From positions 1 through 51,080 of the forward strand of contig JALSGR010000229.1 in assembly GCA_026982635.1 (NCBI GenBank): 51,080 nt of DNA, read 5' to 3'. Within the stretch, counting starts at the first letter, position 1. Every line of letters starts with the position of its first letter. This DNA is from Methylothermaceae bacterium. GTDB lineage: Bacteria > Pseudomonadota > Gammaproteobacteria > Methylococcales > Methylothermaceae. Below the pieces are notes generated by a model. It searched no databases and had not been told where the DNA came from. It saw nothing but the letters and a program-made list of their open reading frames with translations. Positions 33,027 to 45,108 of the stretch are shown here, in pieces. Position numbers and translations under genes: made by a program.

Positions 33027-33950
33027 TCAGCCGGCGTCACGAAGGGCGGCGATCACCCGCTGGGCAACGTCCCCGCCGGGCTCGAGCCACAACGCGTCCT
33101 GCTCCCGGCGCAGCCAGGTCAGCTGCCGTTTGGCCAGTCGGCGGGTGGCGACGATCGCCTTTTCGATCATGGTGGCATAGTCGTACTCTCCCGCCAGCCA
33201 GGCCCAGACCTGACGATAACCGACGCTTCGGATAGCGGGAAGGTCGGGATGGAGATCACCCCGGCGATAGAGGGCTTCCACCTCGGCGATCAATCCGGCC
33301 TCTAACATCCCGTGAAAACGGCACTCGATCCGCCGGTGCAACTGCGCCCGGTCCTGAGGGGCCAGCACCACCTTGACGGGTCGGAACGACAGTTCTCCGG
33401 TCGTGGTCCGCCACCAGGCGCTCAAGGGTTTCCCTGTCAGTTGATAGACCTCCAGAGCCCGCTGAATCCGCTGGGGATCGTTGGGGTGGATCCGGGCCGC
33501 CGCCTGGGGGTCGACGGCGGCCAGCCGGCGGTGCAGCGCCGCCCAACCATGCCGGGAGGCCTCGGCGTTGATGCGCTCCCGCACTTCGGGATCCGCTTCC
33601 GGCATGGGAGCGATCCCCCGCAGCAGGGCATGGAAGTACAGCATCGTGCCGCCCACCAGGATCGGCAACCGCCCCCGGCGGGCGATGGCCTCGATCAGCG
33701 CCAGGGCGTCGCTGCGGAAGCGACCCGCCGAGTAGGACTGGGAGGGATCGAGAATGTCGATCAGATGATGGGGAATTCGGGCCCGGATCTCCCGGGACGG
33801 CTTGGCGGTGCCGATGTCCATGCCCCGGTACACCTGCCCGGAATCGACGCTGACGATCTCGCCGTTCAGACGCTGGGCCAGGGCGACGGCCAGATCGGTC
33901 TTGCCGGCCGCGGTCGGCCCCATGATCAAGAGTGCCAGCGGTTTTCCCAT
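33027..33950 (-). CDS. miaA: tRNA dimethylallyltransferase
   Basis: [26 protein letters not shown]; start MGKPL overlaps mutL stop. Confidence 0.96.
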   Translation of the reverse strand: MGKPLALLIMGPTAAGKTDLAVALAQRLNGEIVSVDSGQVYRGMDIGTAKPSREIRARIPHHLIDILDPSQSYSAGRFRSDALALIEAIARRGRLPILVGGTMLYFHALLRGIAPMPEADPEVRERINAEASRHGWAALHRRLAAVDPQAAARIHPNDPQRIQRALEVYQLTGKPLSAWWRTTTGELSFRPVKVVLAPQDRAQLHRRIECRFHGMLEAGLIAEVEALYRRGDLHPDLPAIRSVGYRQVWAWLAGEYDYATMIEKAIVATRRLAKRQLTWLRREQDALWLEPGGDVAQRVIAALRDAG

Positions 33951-35707
33951 CAGCGGCCGCGGCGGAAGAACCGGTCCAGGGCGGGAAAATCCAGCTTGAC
34001 CCACGTGGGACGACCGTGATTGCACTGGCCGCCCCGCTCGGTGCGCTCCAGCTCCCGCAACAGGGCGTTCATCTCCTCCCGGCCGAGCCGTTGCCCGGCC
34101 CGCACGGCGCTGTGGCAGGCCCGGGTGGCTAGACGCTCGTGGATTCGGCTTTCCACCTCGGCGGCGCTGTCGAGCTCCCGCAGCTCCGAGACCAGATCTT
34201 TCACCAGGGCCGCCGGATCGGCCTGCACCAACAGGGCGGGCAAGGCACGGACCACCACGGTTTCCGGACCCAGGACGTCCAGATCGACGCCGAGCCGGGC
34301 CAGACGGCTGCGATGTCGGTGAATCAGCTCGACATCACCGGAACTCAGGCGGATCTTTTCCGGCAGCAGAAGGGGCTGGCACTGGGGGGCGCCGCCGACC
34401 AACTGGCGCTTGAGCTTTTCGTAAAGGATGCGCTCATGGGCAGCGTGGGCATCGACGATCACCAGACCGTCCTCGGCCTCGGCGAGAATGTAGATACCGT
34501 GGAGATGGGCCACCGCATAACCCAAAGGGGGAACTTCCCGGGACGAAGCCGGAGCTTCCGGCGCCGCCTCTCGTTCCGATTCCGGTTCCCGCGCCGGACG
34601 CAGGGCTTCGTAGAAGGCGATGGCCTCGTTGACTTGAGCGGCCGCCGGCGGCCCGGACGGCGGAGGACAGACGGGCGCCGGCGGCGGTGTGATCCTCGGC
34701 CCCGGACGCGCCTTTCCGAGGGCCTGGTGCAGGGAACGGGCGACGAAATCCCGAACAGTGCGCGGATCGCGGAAACGCACCTCCAACTTGGCCGGATGGG
34801 CGTTGACATCGACCTGGGTGGGATCCAGCTCCAGATAGAGAACCGCGGCGGGCTGACGGTCGTGGGGCAACACGTCGCGGTAACCCTGGCGCAGGGCGTG
34901 GGCGAGCAGCTTGTCGCGCACCGGCCGGCTATTGACGTACCACCACTGCCGGTCCGCCTGGCGTCGGGCCACCGTCGGCAGCCCCATCCAGCCCCACAGG
35001 CGCACGCCGTCCTGTTCGAACTCGATCAACAACGACTGTTGCACGAACGCCTCGCCGAACAGCATCCCCACCCGGCGGGTCCAGCCCCGCTCCTCCCGGG
35101 CTGCGGGCAAATGCAACACGTCCCGCTGATTGTGGCGCAATCGGAAGGCGACCTCGAACCGGCTCAGGGACAGACGTTCGAGAAAGGTCTGGATGTGCCC
35201 GAACTCGGTCCGCTCGCTGCGCAGGAACTTGCGCCGGGCAGGCACGTTGTGGAACAGGTCGGCCACGGACACGGTGGTCCCCACCGGGTGGGCGACGGGA
35301 AGCGGCTCGCCCGAACGGCCATCCGCCGGAACCACGAGGCGCCAACCGCAGGGCTCGTCCGCCGTGCGGGAAACCAATTCCAGCCGCGCCACCGCCGCGA
35401 TGCTCGCCAGCGCTTCGCCGCGGAAGCCGAAGGTGCGCACCCGAAGCAGGTCGTCCAGGGTGGCGATCTTGCTGGTGGCATGACGGCTCAACGCCAAGGG
35501 GAGATCGTCGCGGGCGATGCCGTGACCGTCGTCGCGCACCCGGATCAGGGCGATACCACCGGACTCCACGATCACCTCGACGCGGCCGGCGCCGGCGTCC
35601 AGGCTGTTCTCGACCAGCTCCTTGACCACCGAGGCGGGCCTTTCCACCACCTCCCCGGCGGCGATCTGCCCCACCAACGGGGGCGGCAAGGGGCGGATCC
35701 GCCTCAT
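33950..35707 (-). CDS. mutL: DNA mismatch repair protein MutL
   Basis: [30 protein letters not shown]; endonuclease motif DAHAAHER and CNHGRP. Confidence 0.97.
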   Translation of the reverse strand: MRRIRPLPPPLVGQIAAGEVVERPASVVKELVENSLDAGAGRVEVIVESGGIALIRVRDDGHGIARDDLPLALSRHATSKIATLDDLLRVRTFGFRGEALASIAAVARLELVSRTADEPCGWRLVVPADGRSGEPLPVAHPVGTTVSVADLFHNVPARRKFLRSERTEFGHIQTFLERLSLSRFEVAFRLRHNQRDVLHLPAAREERGWTRRVGMLFGEAFVQQSLLIEFEQDGVRLWGWMGLPTVARRQADRQWWYVNSRPVRDKLLAHALRQGYRDVLPHDRQPAAVLYLELDPTQVDVNAHPAKLEVRFRDPRTVRDFVARSLHQALGKARPGPRITPPPAPVCPPPSGPPAAAQVNEAIAFYEALRPAREPESEREAAPEAPASSREVPPLGYAVAHLHGIYILAEAEDGLVIVDAHAAHERILYEKLKRQLVGGAPQCQPLLLPEKIRLSSGDVELIHRHRSRLARLGVDLDVLGPETVVVRALPALLVQADPAALVKDLVSELRELDSAAEVESRIHERLATRACHSAVRAGQRLGREEMNALLRELERTERGGQCNHGRPTWVKLDFPALDRFFRRGR

Positions 35708-36996
35708 CCGCCGACCGGTATTCGGAGCACCTGCCCGGCCCGGACACGGGTACGGCTCAGGTCGTTGTAGCTCATCAACCGTTCGAGGCTGATTCCGTAA
35801 CTCTGGGCGATTTCCGAGAGGGTTTCCCCCTTGGCGATGACATGGCGACGCTCGGCCGCCAACAAAGTTCCCGGCGGGGCGTGGCGTTTGAAATAATCCC
35901 GCACCCCCCGGTGAATGGCCTTGGCCCAATACCACTGGTACTTGGCGCTCCGCAGCCGCCTTTCCTCCGCCGGATTGGAAATGAAGGCCGTCTCGACGAG
36001 AACCGAGGGAATGTCCGGGGATTTCAGCACCACGAAGCCGGCCTGCTGCACCCCGTGATGGTGAATGCGGCCGATGCGCCTCAATTCCTCCAGCACCTCG
36101 CGGGCCAGCCGGCGGCTGTATTCCCGGGTCCCGGTCAGGGAGAGATCGAGCAGCACCTTGGCCAGCACTTCGTCCTTGTCATCGAGGCTGACCCCCCCGA
36201 CCAGATCGGATGCGTTCTCCCGGGCGGCGAGCCAACGCGCCGCCTCGCTGGAGGCACCCCGCTCGGACAGGATGTAGACCCCGGCGCCGCTGGCCTTCGG
36301 ATCCCGGAAGGAATCGGCGTGAATGGAAATGAACAGATCGGCCCTGGCGCGGCGGGCCAGCTCGATGCGCTTGCGCAGCGGAACGTAGTAGTCCCCCTTG
36401 CGAATCAACACCGCCCGCATGCCGGGGGTGTCGTCGATCAATCTGGCCAGTTTCCTGGCGATGGCCAACACCACGTCCTTCTCCCGCGTCCCGTGACGGC
36501 CGATGGCACCGGGGTCCTCCCCGCCGTGACCGGGATCGATGGCCACCGTCACCTTGCGCAACTTGGCACGCCTCACCGGCGGAGACGGGCGCGGCGCGGA
36601 AGCCCCCTGGGCGGGATAAAGATCGACCACCAGACGGTGACCGTAACGGGCGTTGGGCGGCAGGGTGAACACCTTGGGCCGTACCGGGGATTTCAGATCC
36701 AGCACCAGGCGCAACACCCCGGGACGGGGCCTGCCGCTGCGAATCCGCCGCACGAACGGCGTGCCGTCATCGAAACGGGGCAACGGCGCCCTGAGTTTTC
36801 CACCGGCCAGGTCCAGCACCAACCGATCAGGATTGGCCAAATCGAAGACCTTGGGCTTGACGTCGGCGGAAACATCGAGGACCAGACGAAGGTGGTCCGG
36901 TGCGTTCCAGTGACGGATGCCGCGCACCTCGACACCGTAACAAGACTGGACGACGGCCAGCCAGGCGATCAACGCCAGAACCCATCTGCGCACCAT
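35704..36996 (-). CDS. amiB: N-acetylmuramoyl-L-alanine amidase (AMIN + Amidase_3 + LysM)
   Basis: Start MVRRW with GGAGG RBS; IDPGHGGEDPGA, SIHAD, LVETAFISN; C-terminal LysM. Confidence 0.9.
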   Translation of the reverse strand: MVRRWVLALIAWLAVVQSCYGVEVRGIRHWNAPDHLRLVLDVSADVKPKVFDLANPDRLVLDLAGGKLRAPLPRFDDGTPFVRRIRSGRPRPGVLRLVLDLKSPVRPKVFTLPPNARYGHRLVVDLYPAQGASAPRPSPPVRRAKLRKVTVAIDPGHGGEDPGAIGRHGTREKDVVLAIARKLARLIDDTPGMRAVLIRKGDYYVPLRKRIELARRARADLFISIHADSFRDPKASGAGVYILSERGASSEAARWLAARENASDLVGGVSLDDKDEVLAKVLLDLSLTGTREYSRRLAREVLEELRRIGRIHHHGVQQAGFVVLKSPDIPSVLVETAFISNPAEERRLRSAKYQWYWAKAIHRGVRDYFKRHAPPGTLLAAERRHVIAKGETLSEIAQSYGISLERLMSYNDLSRTRVRAGQVLRIPVGG

Positions 36997-37166
36997 AGCC
37001 ACCTCCGCGCGAGCAAGCCCATCCTTGTTCAATTATATGCCAACGTGCATACCGAATCGTGAACTTCACCAAAATATGTGGCCGACAAACCACAACACCC
37101 CCCAGCAGCCCCTTCCCCGCTCCCCTGGGGATTATTGACAGGTGCCGAGGTTTTCAAGGCAAACAC

Positions 37167-37234
37167 TTGTGTTGAACCGCGATCCAATTAGAATATCGGT
37201 TTTTGCAGGCAGCGTGCGGCTGCCTTTTTGTTTT
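37167..37234 (+). promoter_or_regulatory. argD promoter and terminator-like leader hairpin
   Basis: TTGTGT-N16-TAGAAT, then AGGCAGC-GTGCG-GCTGCCT-TTTTGTTTT. Confidence 0.45.
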
Positions 37235-37254
37235 CAAGTTCAGGTGATCCATCC

Positions 37255-38424
37255 ATGACTTCGGCTCTGATGCCCACCTACGCCCGCCTGCCGGTCGCCT
37301 TTCGGAAAGGCGAAGGAGCCTGGCTGTGGGACGACGAAGGCCGGCGCTACCTCGACGCCCTTGCGGGAATCGCCGTTTGCAATCTGGGACACGCCCATCC
37401 CGCCCTGACCAAGGCCCTGTGCCATCAGGCCGGCCAACTGTGGCACACCTCCAACCTGTATCACATCGAACTGCAGGAACGTCTGGCGAGCCGGCTGGCC
37501 GCCTTGAGCGCCATGGACAACGCGTTCTTCTGCAACTCCGGCGCCGAGGCCAACGAAGCCGCCATCAAACTGGCGCGGGCCTACGGCCGCTCCCGGGGGA
37601 TCGCACGGCCGCACATCATCGTCATGGAAGGCAGCTTCCACGGCCGCACCCTGGCCACGCTCACGGCGACGGGCAATCCCCGGGTCAAGGAGGGCTTCGA
37701 ACCTTTGGTCCCGGGCTTCATCCAGGTTCCCTACGACGACCTCGCCGCCGTGGAAGCACTGGCCGGGCGCGACGACATCGTCGCCGTCCTGGTGGAACCG
37801 GTGCAGGGGGAAGGCGGCATCCGTGTCCCGGCGGCGGACTATCTGCCCGGATTGCGCGCCATCTGCGACCGTCGGGGGTGGCTGCTGATGCTGGACGAAG
37901 TGCAGACGGGCATCGGCCGCTGCGGCCGTTGGTTCGCCCATCAACACTGGGACGTCGTCCCCGACGTCATGACCCTGGCCAAAGCTTTGGGCAACGGTTT
38001 TCCCATCGGAGCCTGTCTGGCCCGAGGGGCGGCCTCGCAGGTCCTCACGGCCGGAATGCACGGTTCGACCTTCGGCGGCAACCCCCTGGCCTGTCGGGTC
38101 GCCCTGGAAGTGTTACAGACGATCGAGAACGAGGATCTCTTGACCCACTGCGACCGACTGGGGCGAACCATTCGCCGCTCGTTGCGTGAACGCCTCGACG
38201 GTCATCCGCAGGTCAGGGAAGTGCGCGGCCTCGGTCTGATGCTCGGCATCGAACTGGCCAAACCCTGCGGCGATCTGGTGGGCAAAGCCCTGGAGCGCGG
38301 TCTGCTGATCAACGTCACCGCGGGCTCGGTGATCCGGTTGTTGCCGCCGCTGATCCTGGACCCGCCCCAGGCGGAACAGCTCGTGGAAATCCTCGTCGAA
38401 CTGATACAGGAATCATCGCCGTGA
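37255..38424 (+). CDS. argD: Acetylornithine aminotransferase
   Basis: [36 protein letters not shown]; upstream of argF. Confidence 0.94.
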   Translation: MTSALMPTYARLPVAFRKGEGAWLWDDEGRRYLDALAGIAVCNLGHAHPALTKALCHQAGQLWHTSNLYHIELQERLASRLAALSAMDNAFFCNSGAEANEAAIKLARAYGRSRGIARPHIIVMEGSFHGRTLATLTATGNPRVKEGFEPLVPGFIQVPYDDLAAVEALAGRDDIVAVLVEPVQGEGGIRVPAADYLPGLRAICDRRGWLLMLDEVQTGIGRCGRWFAHQHWDVVPDVMTLAKALGNGFPIGACLARGAASQVLTAGMHGSTFGGNPLACRVALEVLQTIENEDLLTHCDRLGRTIRRSLRERLDGHPQVREVRGLGLMLGIELAKPCGDLVGKALERGLLINVTAGSVIRLLPPLILDPPQAEQLVEILVELIQESSP

Positions 38425-39317
38425 ATGTACGCCATTTTCTCACCCTCACCGATCTGTCCCCCGACGAACTGCGCGCCCTGATCCACCGCGCCGGGGAACT
38501 GAAACGCCTCAAAGGCCCCTACGAACCGCTGAAAAACCGGCTGCTGGGCATGATTTTCGAGAAGGCCTCCACCCGCACGCGGGTCTCCTTCGAGGCCGGC
38601 ATCGTGCAGCTGGGCGGGGCGGCGATCTTCCTCTCCCCCCGGGACTCCCAGCTGGGTCGCGGCGAACCCCTCGAAGACACCGCCCGGGTACTGTCGCGAA
38701 TGGTCGACGTCATCGTGCTGCGCACCCACCGCCATCAGACCGTGCAACGGTTCGCTGAATTTTCCCGGGTTCCGGTCATCAACGGATTGACGGACCGCTT
38801 TCACCCCTGCCAACTGCTCGCCGACCTGCAGACCTGGTTCGAACACCGCGGCGACATTCGGGGACGCAAGGTCGCCTGGATCGGTGACGGCAATAACATG
38901 TGTCAGTCCTACATCAAAGCGGCCAAATTGCTGGACTTCCATCTGCACATCGCCTGTCCGCAAGGATACGAGCCGGAAGCCGAACTGCTCGCCTGGGCCG
39001 GCGAGCACGTCATCCTGGACCACGATCCGGCAGCGGCGGCGACCGATGCCGACCTGGTGGTCACCGACGTCTGGGCCAGCATGGGCCAGGAGGAGGAGCA
39101 GCAACAGCGCCTCGCGGCCTTCCGCCGCTTCCAGGTAACCCCGGAACTGATGGCACGGGCCCACGACGACGCCCTGTTCATGCACTGCCTGCCGGCGCAC
39201 CGCGGCGAGGAAGTCAGCGCCGAGGTCCTGGAAGGTCCGTGGAGCGTGGTCTGGGAGGAAGCGGAAAACCGCCTGCACGCCCAGAAGGCGCTGCTGGAAT
39301 TCCTGCTTTCCGGTTGA
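38421..39317 (+). CDS. argF: Ornithine carbamoyltransferase
   Basis: [20 protein letters not shown]. Confidence 0.97.
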   Translation: MNVRHFLTLTDLSPDELRALIHRAGELKRLKGPYEPLKNRLLGMIFEKASTRTRVSFEAGIVQLGGAAIFLSPRDSQLGRGEPLEDTARVLSRMVDVIVLRTHRHQTVQRFAEFSRVPVINGLTDRFHPCQLLADLQTWFEHRGDIRGRKVAWIGDGNNMCQSYIKAAKLLDFHLHIACPQGYEPEAELLAWAGEHVILDHDPAAAATDADLVVTDVWASMGQEEEQQQRLAAFRRFQVTPELMARAHDDALFMHCLPAHRGEEVSAEVLEGPWSVVWEEAENRLHAQKALLEFLLSG

Positions 39318-39444
39318 ACCGACGCCGGCGCCCACCGGCCTGACGGCGATCGCCCTGCCACGCTTTCCCGGCCCCCGAAAAAGGGACCGGACAGGTGGTA
39401 AGATACGCATTCATAACATCGATTTTCCAGCCCGTGGAACCGTC

Positions 39445-40119
39445 ATGAAAATTTTTCTCCTGCTGCTCGTCAGCCTCGCCCTTCCCTGGGCCGAAGCCGA
39501 AGAGCCCGCCTACGTCACCGACCGACTGGAGGTCTATCTTCGCACCGGCAAAGGGATCAAATACAAAATTCTGCGTCAGGTGCGCAGCGGCACCCCGCTA
39601 ACCGTCCTGGCCAAGGATCCCAAGAGCGGCTACAGCCGGGTGCGGCTGCGGGACGGAACCGAAGGCTGGATACTGACCCGCTACTTGAGTTCCGAACCCA
39701 GCGCCCGCTGGCAGCTGAAACAGGCCCAGGAAAAACTGGAGCGCCTGAGCCGGGAGAACGCCCGCCTCAAGAAGGAACTGGATGCCTTGAAAAGCCAACA
39801 GGGCAGCTTGACGACCGAGAAGGAGAACCTGATCCGGCGCAGCGCCCAACTGGAAACCGAGTTGCAGCAGATTCGCCATGCGGCGGCCCATGCCCTGGAA
39901 ATCCAGGAGGAACGCAACCACCTCCGGGGTCGGGTCGCCGAGCTGGAGCGCCGCGTGCATCAATTGCAACTGGAGAACCAAGCGCTCACCCACGATCGGT
40001 CGCAGCGCTGGTTCCTGATCGGCGCCGGCGTGCTGGCCGGCGGCATTCTGGCGGGCCTGCTGCTGCCCCGCCTCACCTGGCGCCGCCGCCGCGGCTGGGA
40101 TTCGCTCAATTCCCTGTAA
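39445..40119 (+). CDS. TIGR04211-family SH3 domain protein (YgiM/HtrG-like)
   Basis: Signal peptide, SH3 (LRTG..EGWIL), coiled coil, C-terminal [11 protein letters not shown] plus basic tail. Confidence 0.88.
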   Translation: MKIFLLLLVSLALPWAEAEEPAYVTDRLEVYLRTGKGIKYKILRQVRSGTPLTVLAKDPKSGYSRVRLRDGTEGWILTRYLSSEPSARWQLKQAQEKLERLSRENARLKKELDALKSQQGSLTTEKENLIRRSAQLETELQQIRHAAAHALEIQEERNHLRGRVAELERRVHQLQLENQALTHDRSQRWFLIGAGVLAGGILAGLLLPRLTWRRRRGWDSLNSL

Positions 40120-40147
40120 CCACCGCAGAACACGGAGATCGACACCC

Positions 40148-41845
40148 ATGTCTGACAAGAAGCGGCCACATTCTTCCCAAATCGTCGACGGCGTCGAGCG
40201 GGCGCCCAGCCGCGCCATGCTCTATCCTTTGGGATTCCGGGACGAGGATTTCCAAAAGCCGCAAATCGGCATCGCCTCCACCTGGAACATGGTGACGCCG
40301 TGCAACATGCACATCAATCAGCTCGCCAACCACGCCATTCGCGGGGTGGAGGCCAACGGCGGCAAGGGCATCCTGTTCCACACCATCACCATCTCCGACG
40401 GCATCTCCATGGGTACCGAGGGAATGAAATACTCCCTGGTGTCCCGGGAAGTCATCGCCGATTCCATCGAAACGGTCATGGGATGCCAGGGATACGACGG
40501 CCTGGTGGCCATCGGCGGCTGTGACAAGAACATGCCCGGCTGCATGATGGCCATCGCCCGCCTCAACCGTCCGGCGGTGTTCGTCTACGGCGGCACCATC
40601 CTGCCGGGCTGCCTGGGCGAGAAAAAGCTCGACATCGTTTCGGTGTTCGAAGCAGTCGGCGCCCGGGCCAACGGACAGATCGACGATCGGACCCTGCACC
40701 AGATCGAATCCAACGCCATTCCCGGCCCCGGTTCCTGCGGCGGCATGTACACCGCCAACACCATGGCTTCGGCGATCGAGGCCCTGGGGATGAGCCTGCC
40801 GGGCTCCTCGGCCCAGGCGGCGATCTCCGAGGAAAAGCAACGCGACTGCGAGCGGGCCGGCGCCGCGGTGCTGCGGCTGCTGGAGGCCGACATCCGTCCC
40901 CGGGACATCATGACCCGCGAGGCTTTCGAAAACGCCGTCACCGTGGTCATCGCCCTGGGCGGCTCCACCAATGCCGTGCTTCATCTGCTGGCGATGGCGG
41001 ACGCCTGCGGCGTGGAACTGAAACTGGAAGACTTCAATCGGATCGGCCGCCGGGTGCCCGTACTGGCCGATCTGAAGCCCAGCGGGCGCTACCACATGGC
41101 CGATCTGATCGCCATCGGCGGCATCCAACCCTTGATGAAAACGCTGCTAGACGCGGGCCTGCTGCACGGGGATTGCCTCACCGTCACCGGCAAGACCCTG
41201 GCGGAAAACCTCGCCGACGTGCCATCCTATCCCGATGACCAGGACATCGTCCGCCCCCTGTCCAACCCCATCAAGAAAGACAGCCATCTGGTCGTCCTCA
41301 AGGGCAACCTGGCCCCTCAGGGGGCGGTGGCCAAGATCAGCGGCAAGGAGGGGCTGCGCTTCACCGGCACCGCCCGGGTCTTCGACTGCGAGGAGGAAGC
41401 GCTGCAGCGGATCCTGGACGGAACGGTGCAAAAGGGCGACGTGATCGTGATCCGCTACGAGGGGCCCAAGGGAGGTCCGGGAATGCGGGAAATGCTTTCC
41501 CCCACCTCCGCCGTCATGGGCAAGGGTCTGGGGAAGGACGTGGCCCTGATCACCGACGGCCGTTTTTCCGGCGGCACCCACGGCTTCGTCGTCGGCCACA
41601 TCACGCCGGAAGCCTACGTGGGCGGCCCCCTGGCCATCGTCGAGGACGGGGACACCATCACCATCGATGCGGAAAGTCGGGAACTCCGCCTTCACCTGGA
41701 ACCGAACGAGATCGAGGCCCGCCTGGCGCGTTGGCGTAAACCCGCGCCCCGCTACACCCGCGGCGTTCTGGCCAAATACGCCGCCCTGGTCAATTCGGCC
41801 TCCGAAGGCGCGGTGACCGACCGCAATCTGGAAGACAAACTGTAA
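40148..41845 (+). CDS. ilvD: Dihydroxy-acid dehydratase
   Basis: [36 protein letters not shown]. Confidence 0.97.
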   Translation: MSDKKRPHSSQIVDGVERAPSRAMLYPLGFRDEDFQKPQIGIASTWNMVTPCNMHINQLANHAIRGVEANGGKGILFHTITISDGISMGTEGMKYSLVSREVIADSIETVMGCQGYDGLVAIGGCDKNMPGCMMAIARLNRPAVFVYGGTILPGCLGEKKLDIVSVFEAVGARANGQIDDRTLHQIESNAIPGPGSCGGMYTANTMASAIEALGMSLPGSSAQAAISEEKQRDCERAGAAVLRLLEADIRPRDIMTREAFENAVTVVIALGGSTNAVLHLLAMADACGVELKLEDFNRIGRRVPVLADLKPSGRYHMADLIAIGGIQPLMKTLLDAGLLHGDCLTVTGKTLAENLADVPSYPDDQDIVRPLSNPIKKDSHLVVLKGNLAPQGAVAKISGKEGLRFTGTARVFDCEEEALQRILDGTVQKGDVIVIRYEGPKGGPGMREMLSPTSAVMGKGLGKDVALITDGRFSGGTHGFVVGHITPEAYVGGPLAIVEDGDTITIDAESRELRLHLEPNEIEARLARWRKPAPRYTRGVLAKYAALVNSASEGAVTDRNLEDKL

Positions 41846-41848
41846 CCA

Positions 41849-43153
41849 GTGATCGAGCCGGCCTCTTTCATCCGCTGGTTCCGCAGTGCCCTTCCCTACA
41901 TCCACTCCCATCGGGGGCGCACCTTCGTGGTCCATTTCGGCGGGGAGGCGATCGCCGATCCAGCCTTTTCCGGCCTGATCCACGATCTGGCCCTGCTTCA
42001 CGGCATGGGCGTCCGCCTGGTGCTGGTCTACGGCATCCGCCCCCAGATCGAAGCCCGGCTGCGGCAGCAGAATCTCGCCTGTCGTTATCACCGGGGGCTG
42101 CGGGTCACCGACGCGGCGGCGCTGGCATGCGTCAAGGAGGCCGCCGGCGAGGCCCGGCTGGAAATCGAGAGGCGCCTGTCCATGGGCGTGGCCGATTCCC
42201 CGATGGCGGGGGTGCGCCTGAGAGCGGCCTCCGGCAACTTCGTCATCGCCAAACCCCTGGGGGTCATCGACGGCGTCGACTTCGAGTACACCGGGGAAGT
42301 GCGCCGCATCGACGCCGACGCCATCGTCCATCTCCTGGAGCGGGAACTGGTGGTGCTGATCTCCCCCCTGGGATATTCCCCCACGGGAGAAGTCTTCAAC
42401 CTGCGTGCCGAGGCGGTGGCCACGGCCGTGGCCACCGCCCTGAAGGCGGACAAGCTGTTGCTGCTGGTGGAGGGCCCGTGCGATCTGGGGAAAGAGCGGG
42501 TGGCCCAGCTCACCTCCGCCGAAGCCCGGCAGCATCTGAATCGGGGAGCGTTTTCCGAAGAAATCGCCCCCCATGTGGAGGCAGCCGTGCGCGCCGTGGA
42601 GGGCGGAACCGAGCGGGTTCATCTGCTCGACCGCCATCAGGATGGCACCCTGCTGCTGGAGTTGTTCACCCGCGACGGGGCGGGCACCCTCATCTCCCGG
42701 CAGCCTTTCGAAACCCTGCGCCCTGCGACCCTGGCGGACATCGCCGGCATTCTCGAGCTGATCGAACCGCTGGAGCGGGAGGGGATCCTGGTGGCACGCT
42801 CCCGGGAAAGGCTGGAGATGGAACTGGAAGATTACTGCGTCATCGAACGCGACGGCCTCGTCATCGGCTGCGCCGCCCTGCATCCCTTCCCCGAGGTGAA
42901 GATGGGCGAACTCGCCTGCCTGGTGCTGCATCCGGACTACCGGGGAGAGAACCGGGGGCGACGGCTGCTGGAACACGTCGAACAGCGCGCCCGTACCCTC
43001 GGGTTGCAGCGTTTGTTCGTCCTCACGACCCGAACGAGCCACTGGTTCCTGGAACAGGGCTTCAAACCGGGGGATTTCACGGAACTGCCCCCGCAGCGGC
43101 GACGCCGTTACGACGCTCGGCGTAATTCCAAGGTGCTGTTCAAATGGCTGTGA
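41849..43153 (+). CDS. argA: Amino-acid N-acetyltransferase (N-acetylglutamate synthase)
   Basis: WFR...PYI..HRGRTFV, LELFTRDGAGT, GNAT domain, RNSKVL. Confidence 0.95.
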   Translation: MIEPASFIRWFRSALPYIHSHRGRTFVVHFGGEAIADPAFSGLIHDLALLHGMGVRLVLVYGIRPQIEARLRQQNLACRYHRGLRVTDAAALACVKEAAGEARLEIERRLSMGVADSPMAGVRLRAASGNFVIAKPLGVIDGVDFEYTGEVRRIDADAIVHLLERELVVLISPLGYSPTGEVFNLRAEAVATAVATALKADKLLLLVEGPCDLGKERVAQLTSAEARQHLNRGAFSEEIAPHVEAAVRAVEGGTERVHLLDRHQDGTLLLELFTRDGAGTLISRQPFETLRPATLADIAGILELIEPLEREGILVARSRERLEMELEDYCVIERDGLVIGCAALHPFPEVKMGELACLVLHPDYRGENRGRRLLEHVEQRARTLGLQRLFVLTTRTSHWFLEQGFKPGDFTELPPQRRRRYDARRNSKVLFKWL

Positions 43154-43968
43154 CCCTGGAACTGTCCTGTCCCCCCGACGCCCCGGTGACGCTGCTGCAG
43201 CTGTCCGATTGCCACTTCCTGGAGCGGCCCGGCGACACCCTGATGGGCGTGGATACCGAGCGCAGTTTCCGCCGGGTCCTCGCATCGCTGCAACGGCATC
43301 CCGACTGGCCGGCGGACCTGATTCTCCTCACCGGCGATCTGGTGCAAAAGCCATCGACCGCCGCCTACGAAAGGCTGTTTTCCCACCTGAAGACCATCGA
43401 CGTTCCCTGGGTGTGCCTGCCCGGCAACCATGACGATCCCGCCCTGATGCGGGCAATCCTGTGCCACACCGAAGCGCATTGCAGCAACCGCATTCTGGCC
43501 GGCCGGTGGCAGATCCTCTGCCTCGACAGCAAACGGCCCGGTTCCCATGGCGGACACCTGGCGCCGCAGGAACTCGCCTTCCTCGATCAGGCCCTGCGAC
43601 GAACCCACCGCCCCACCCTGATCGCCCTGCATCACCCTCCGGTACCCGTGGGCAGCGCCTGGATGGACGCCATGCAATTGGACAACAGCGAGGCCCTATT
43701 CGCCGTCCTGGCCCGTCACCCCCACATCAAGGGAATCGTCTTCGGCCACGTCCATCAGGTCTTCCATACCGACCACCACGGCATTCCCCTGTGGAGCGCT
43801 CCTTCCACCTGCTTCCAGTTCAAGCCGCATTCGACCGATTTCGCCCTGGACGAACGCCCACCCGGTTGGCGCTGGTTGACCTTGCATCCGGGGGGACGGA
43901 TCGAAACGCGGGCCGAATGGTTGGACGACCACCCACCCGCTCTGGATTTCTCCTCGTCGGGCTATTGA
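43144..43968 (+). CDS. cpdA: 3',5'-cyclic AMP phosphodiesterase
   Basis: SDCH, TGD, GNHD, HHPP, GHVH, PSTCFQF. Confidence 0.88.
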   Translation: MAVTLELSCPPDAPVTLLQLSDCHFLERPGDTLMGVDTERSFRRVLASLQRHPDWPADLILLTGDLVQKPSTAAYERLFSHLKTIDVPWVCLPGNHDDPALMRAILCHTEAHCSNRILAGRWQILCLDSKRPGSHGGHLAPQELAFLDQALRRTHRPTLIALHHPPVPVGSAWMDAMQLDNSEALFAVLARHPHIKGIVFGHVHQVFHTDHHGIPLWSAPSTCFQFKPHSTDFALDERPPGWRWLTLHPGGRIETRAEWLDDHPPALDFSSSGY

Positions 43969-43995
43969 CCGATTCTAACGTCGGCTCCAGGCGGC

Positions 43996-44439
43996 TCAGC
44001 GGAGCCTGAGGGTTTTGACCTGCGCGTCGATCCATTCGGAGGTCAAATAGCCGATGGCGCCGGCGACCTTGCCGATCCGGTCGTGCATCTCGCGCAGGGT
44101 GGCCACCTCGACCGGGGCCGGGCCGGTACCCGAAAACACGTTCCGATCCCACAGCCGGCGGAGCTGATACGGATAGACCCGGAGAACGTTCTTACAGAAG
44201 AGCAAATGGAGCGGATGATTGTCGGGAAGCACGAACACCCGGATGGGGGTGCCGTCGGGCCAGACGCGACGGCGCATCGCGAAGATGGCCCGCAGCTCGT
44301 TACGGGAGAGCGTCTCAATCACCACTTTGGGGTTGACCGCCACGACGACGGCTTGCGGCTCGACTGCATGACCGGTCACACCGACCAGAGCGATCAAAAG
44401 CGCGCTAACGAAGCACCAGAATTTCCGCCGTGCGGGCAA
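43996..44439 (-). CDS. Small exported PBP/PstS-like fold protein
   Basis: Signal peptide; LRAIF...WPDG.PI.VF, W.R.VFSG.G, GAIGY; start uncertain. Confidence 0.75.
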   Translation of the reverse strand: MPARRKFWCFVSALLIALVGVTGHAVEPQAVVVAVNPKVVIETLSRNELRAIFAMRRRVWPDGTPIRVFVLPDNHPLHLLFCKNVLRVYPYQLRRLWDRNVFSGTGPAPVEVATLREMHDRIGKVAGAIGYLTSEWIDAQVKTLRLR

Positions 44440-44485
44440 AGCCCCTCCCCTGAAGAACCGTTTGCGAAGAAAGCATTCCCTGAAA

Positions 44486-45007
44486 TCAGCGCTCCATAGC
44501 GGTCAGAAAACCCCGGGGATCGATGGGCACGGCCTCGGAGATCAGCAGCTGCCCCAATTCAGTCAGGGCCCGCCGATAAACTTCCCGCTTGAAATAGACC
44601 ACCTCTCTGATCGGATGCCAGTATTCGACCCAACGCCAGGCATCGAACTCCGGCTTGGCGCTCCGGTCCAGCCGGATCCGGTCTTCCGAGGCCCGCAACC
44701 GCAGCAAGAACCACAGTTGTTTCTGACCGATGCACAAGGGCAATGAATGACGGCGAATGTATCGTTTCGGCAAACGATAATGCAGCCAGTCCCGGGTGCG
44801 GCCGATCACTTCCACGTCGTCCCGCCCCAATCCCGTCTCCTCGTACAACTCCCGGAACATGGCGGCTTCGGGATTCTCGCGGGGCTTGATGCCGCCCTGG
44901 GGGAACTGCCAGGAGCGCATGCCGGCGCGCCGGGCCCAGAACACGTGCCCGGCGTCGTTGCAAAGGACGATACCGACATTCAGACGAAACCCCTTGCCGT
45001 CAATCAT
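44486..45007 (-). CDS. rppH: RNA pyrophosphohydrolase
   Basis: [19 protein letters not shown], Nudix [22 protein letters not shown]. Confidence 0.96.
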   Translation of the reverse strand: MIDGKGFRLNVGIVLCNDAGHVFWARRAGMRSWQFPQGGIKPRENPEAAMFRELYEETGLGRDDVEVIGRTRDWLHYRLPKRYIRRHSLPLCIGQKQLWFLLRLRASEDRIRLDRSAKPEFDAWRWVEYWHPIREVVYFKREVYRRALTELGQLLISEAVPIDPRGFLTAMER

Positions 45008-45108
45008 TGTCTGAGTGAAACATTGTTTTTGATGTTAAAATTCCGCCCTTTCGTTCACCTACCATAGAAGCATAACCTACACTCACCCGAAGTTTCAGGC
45101 AACTGCCC

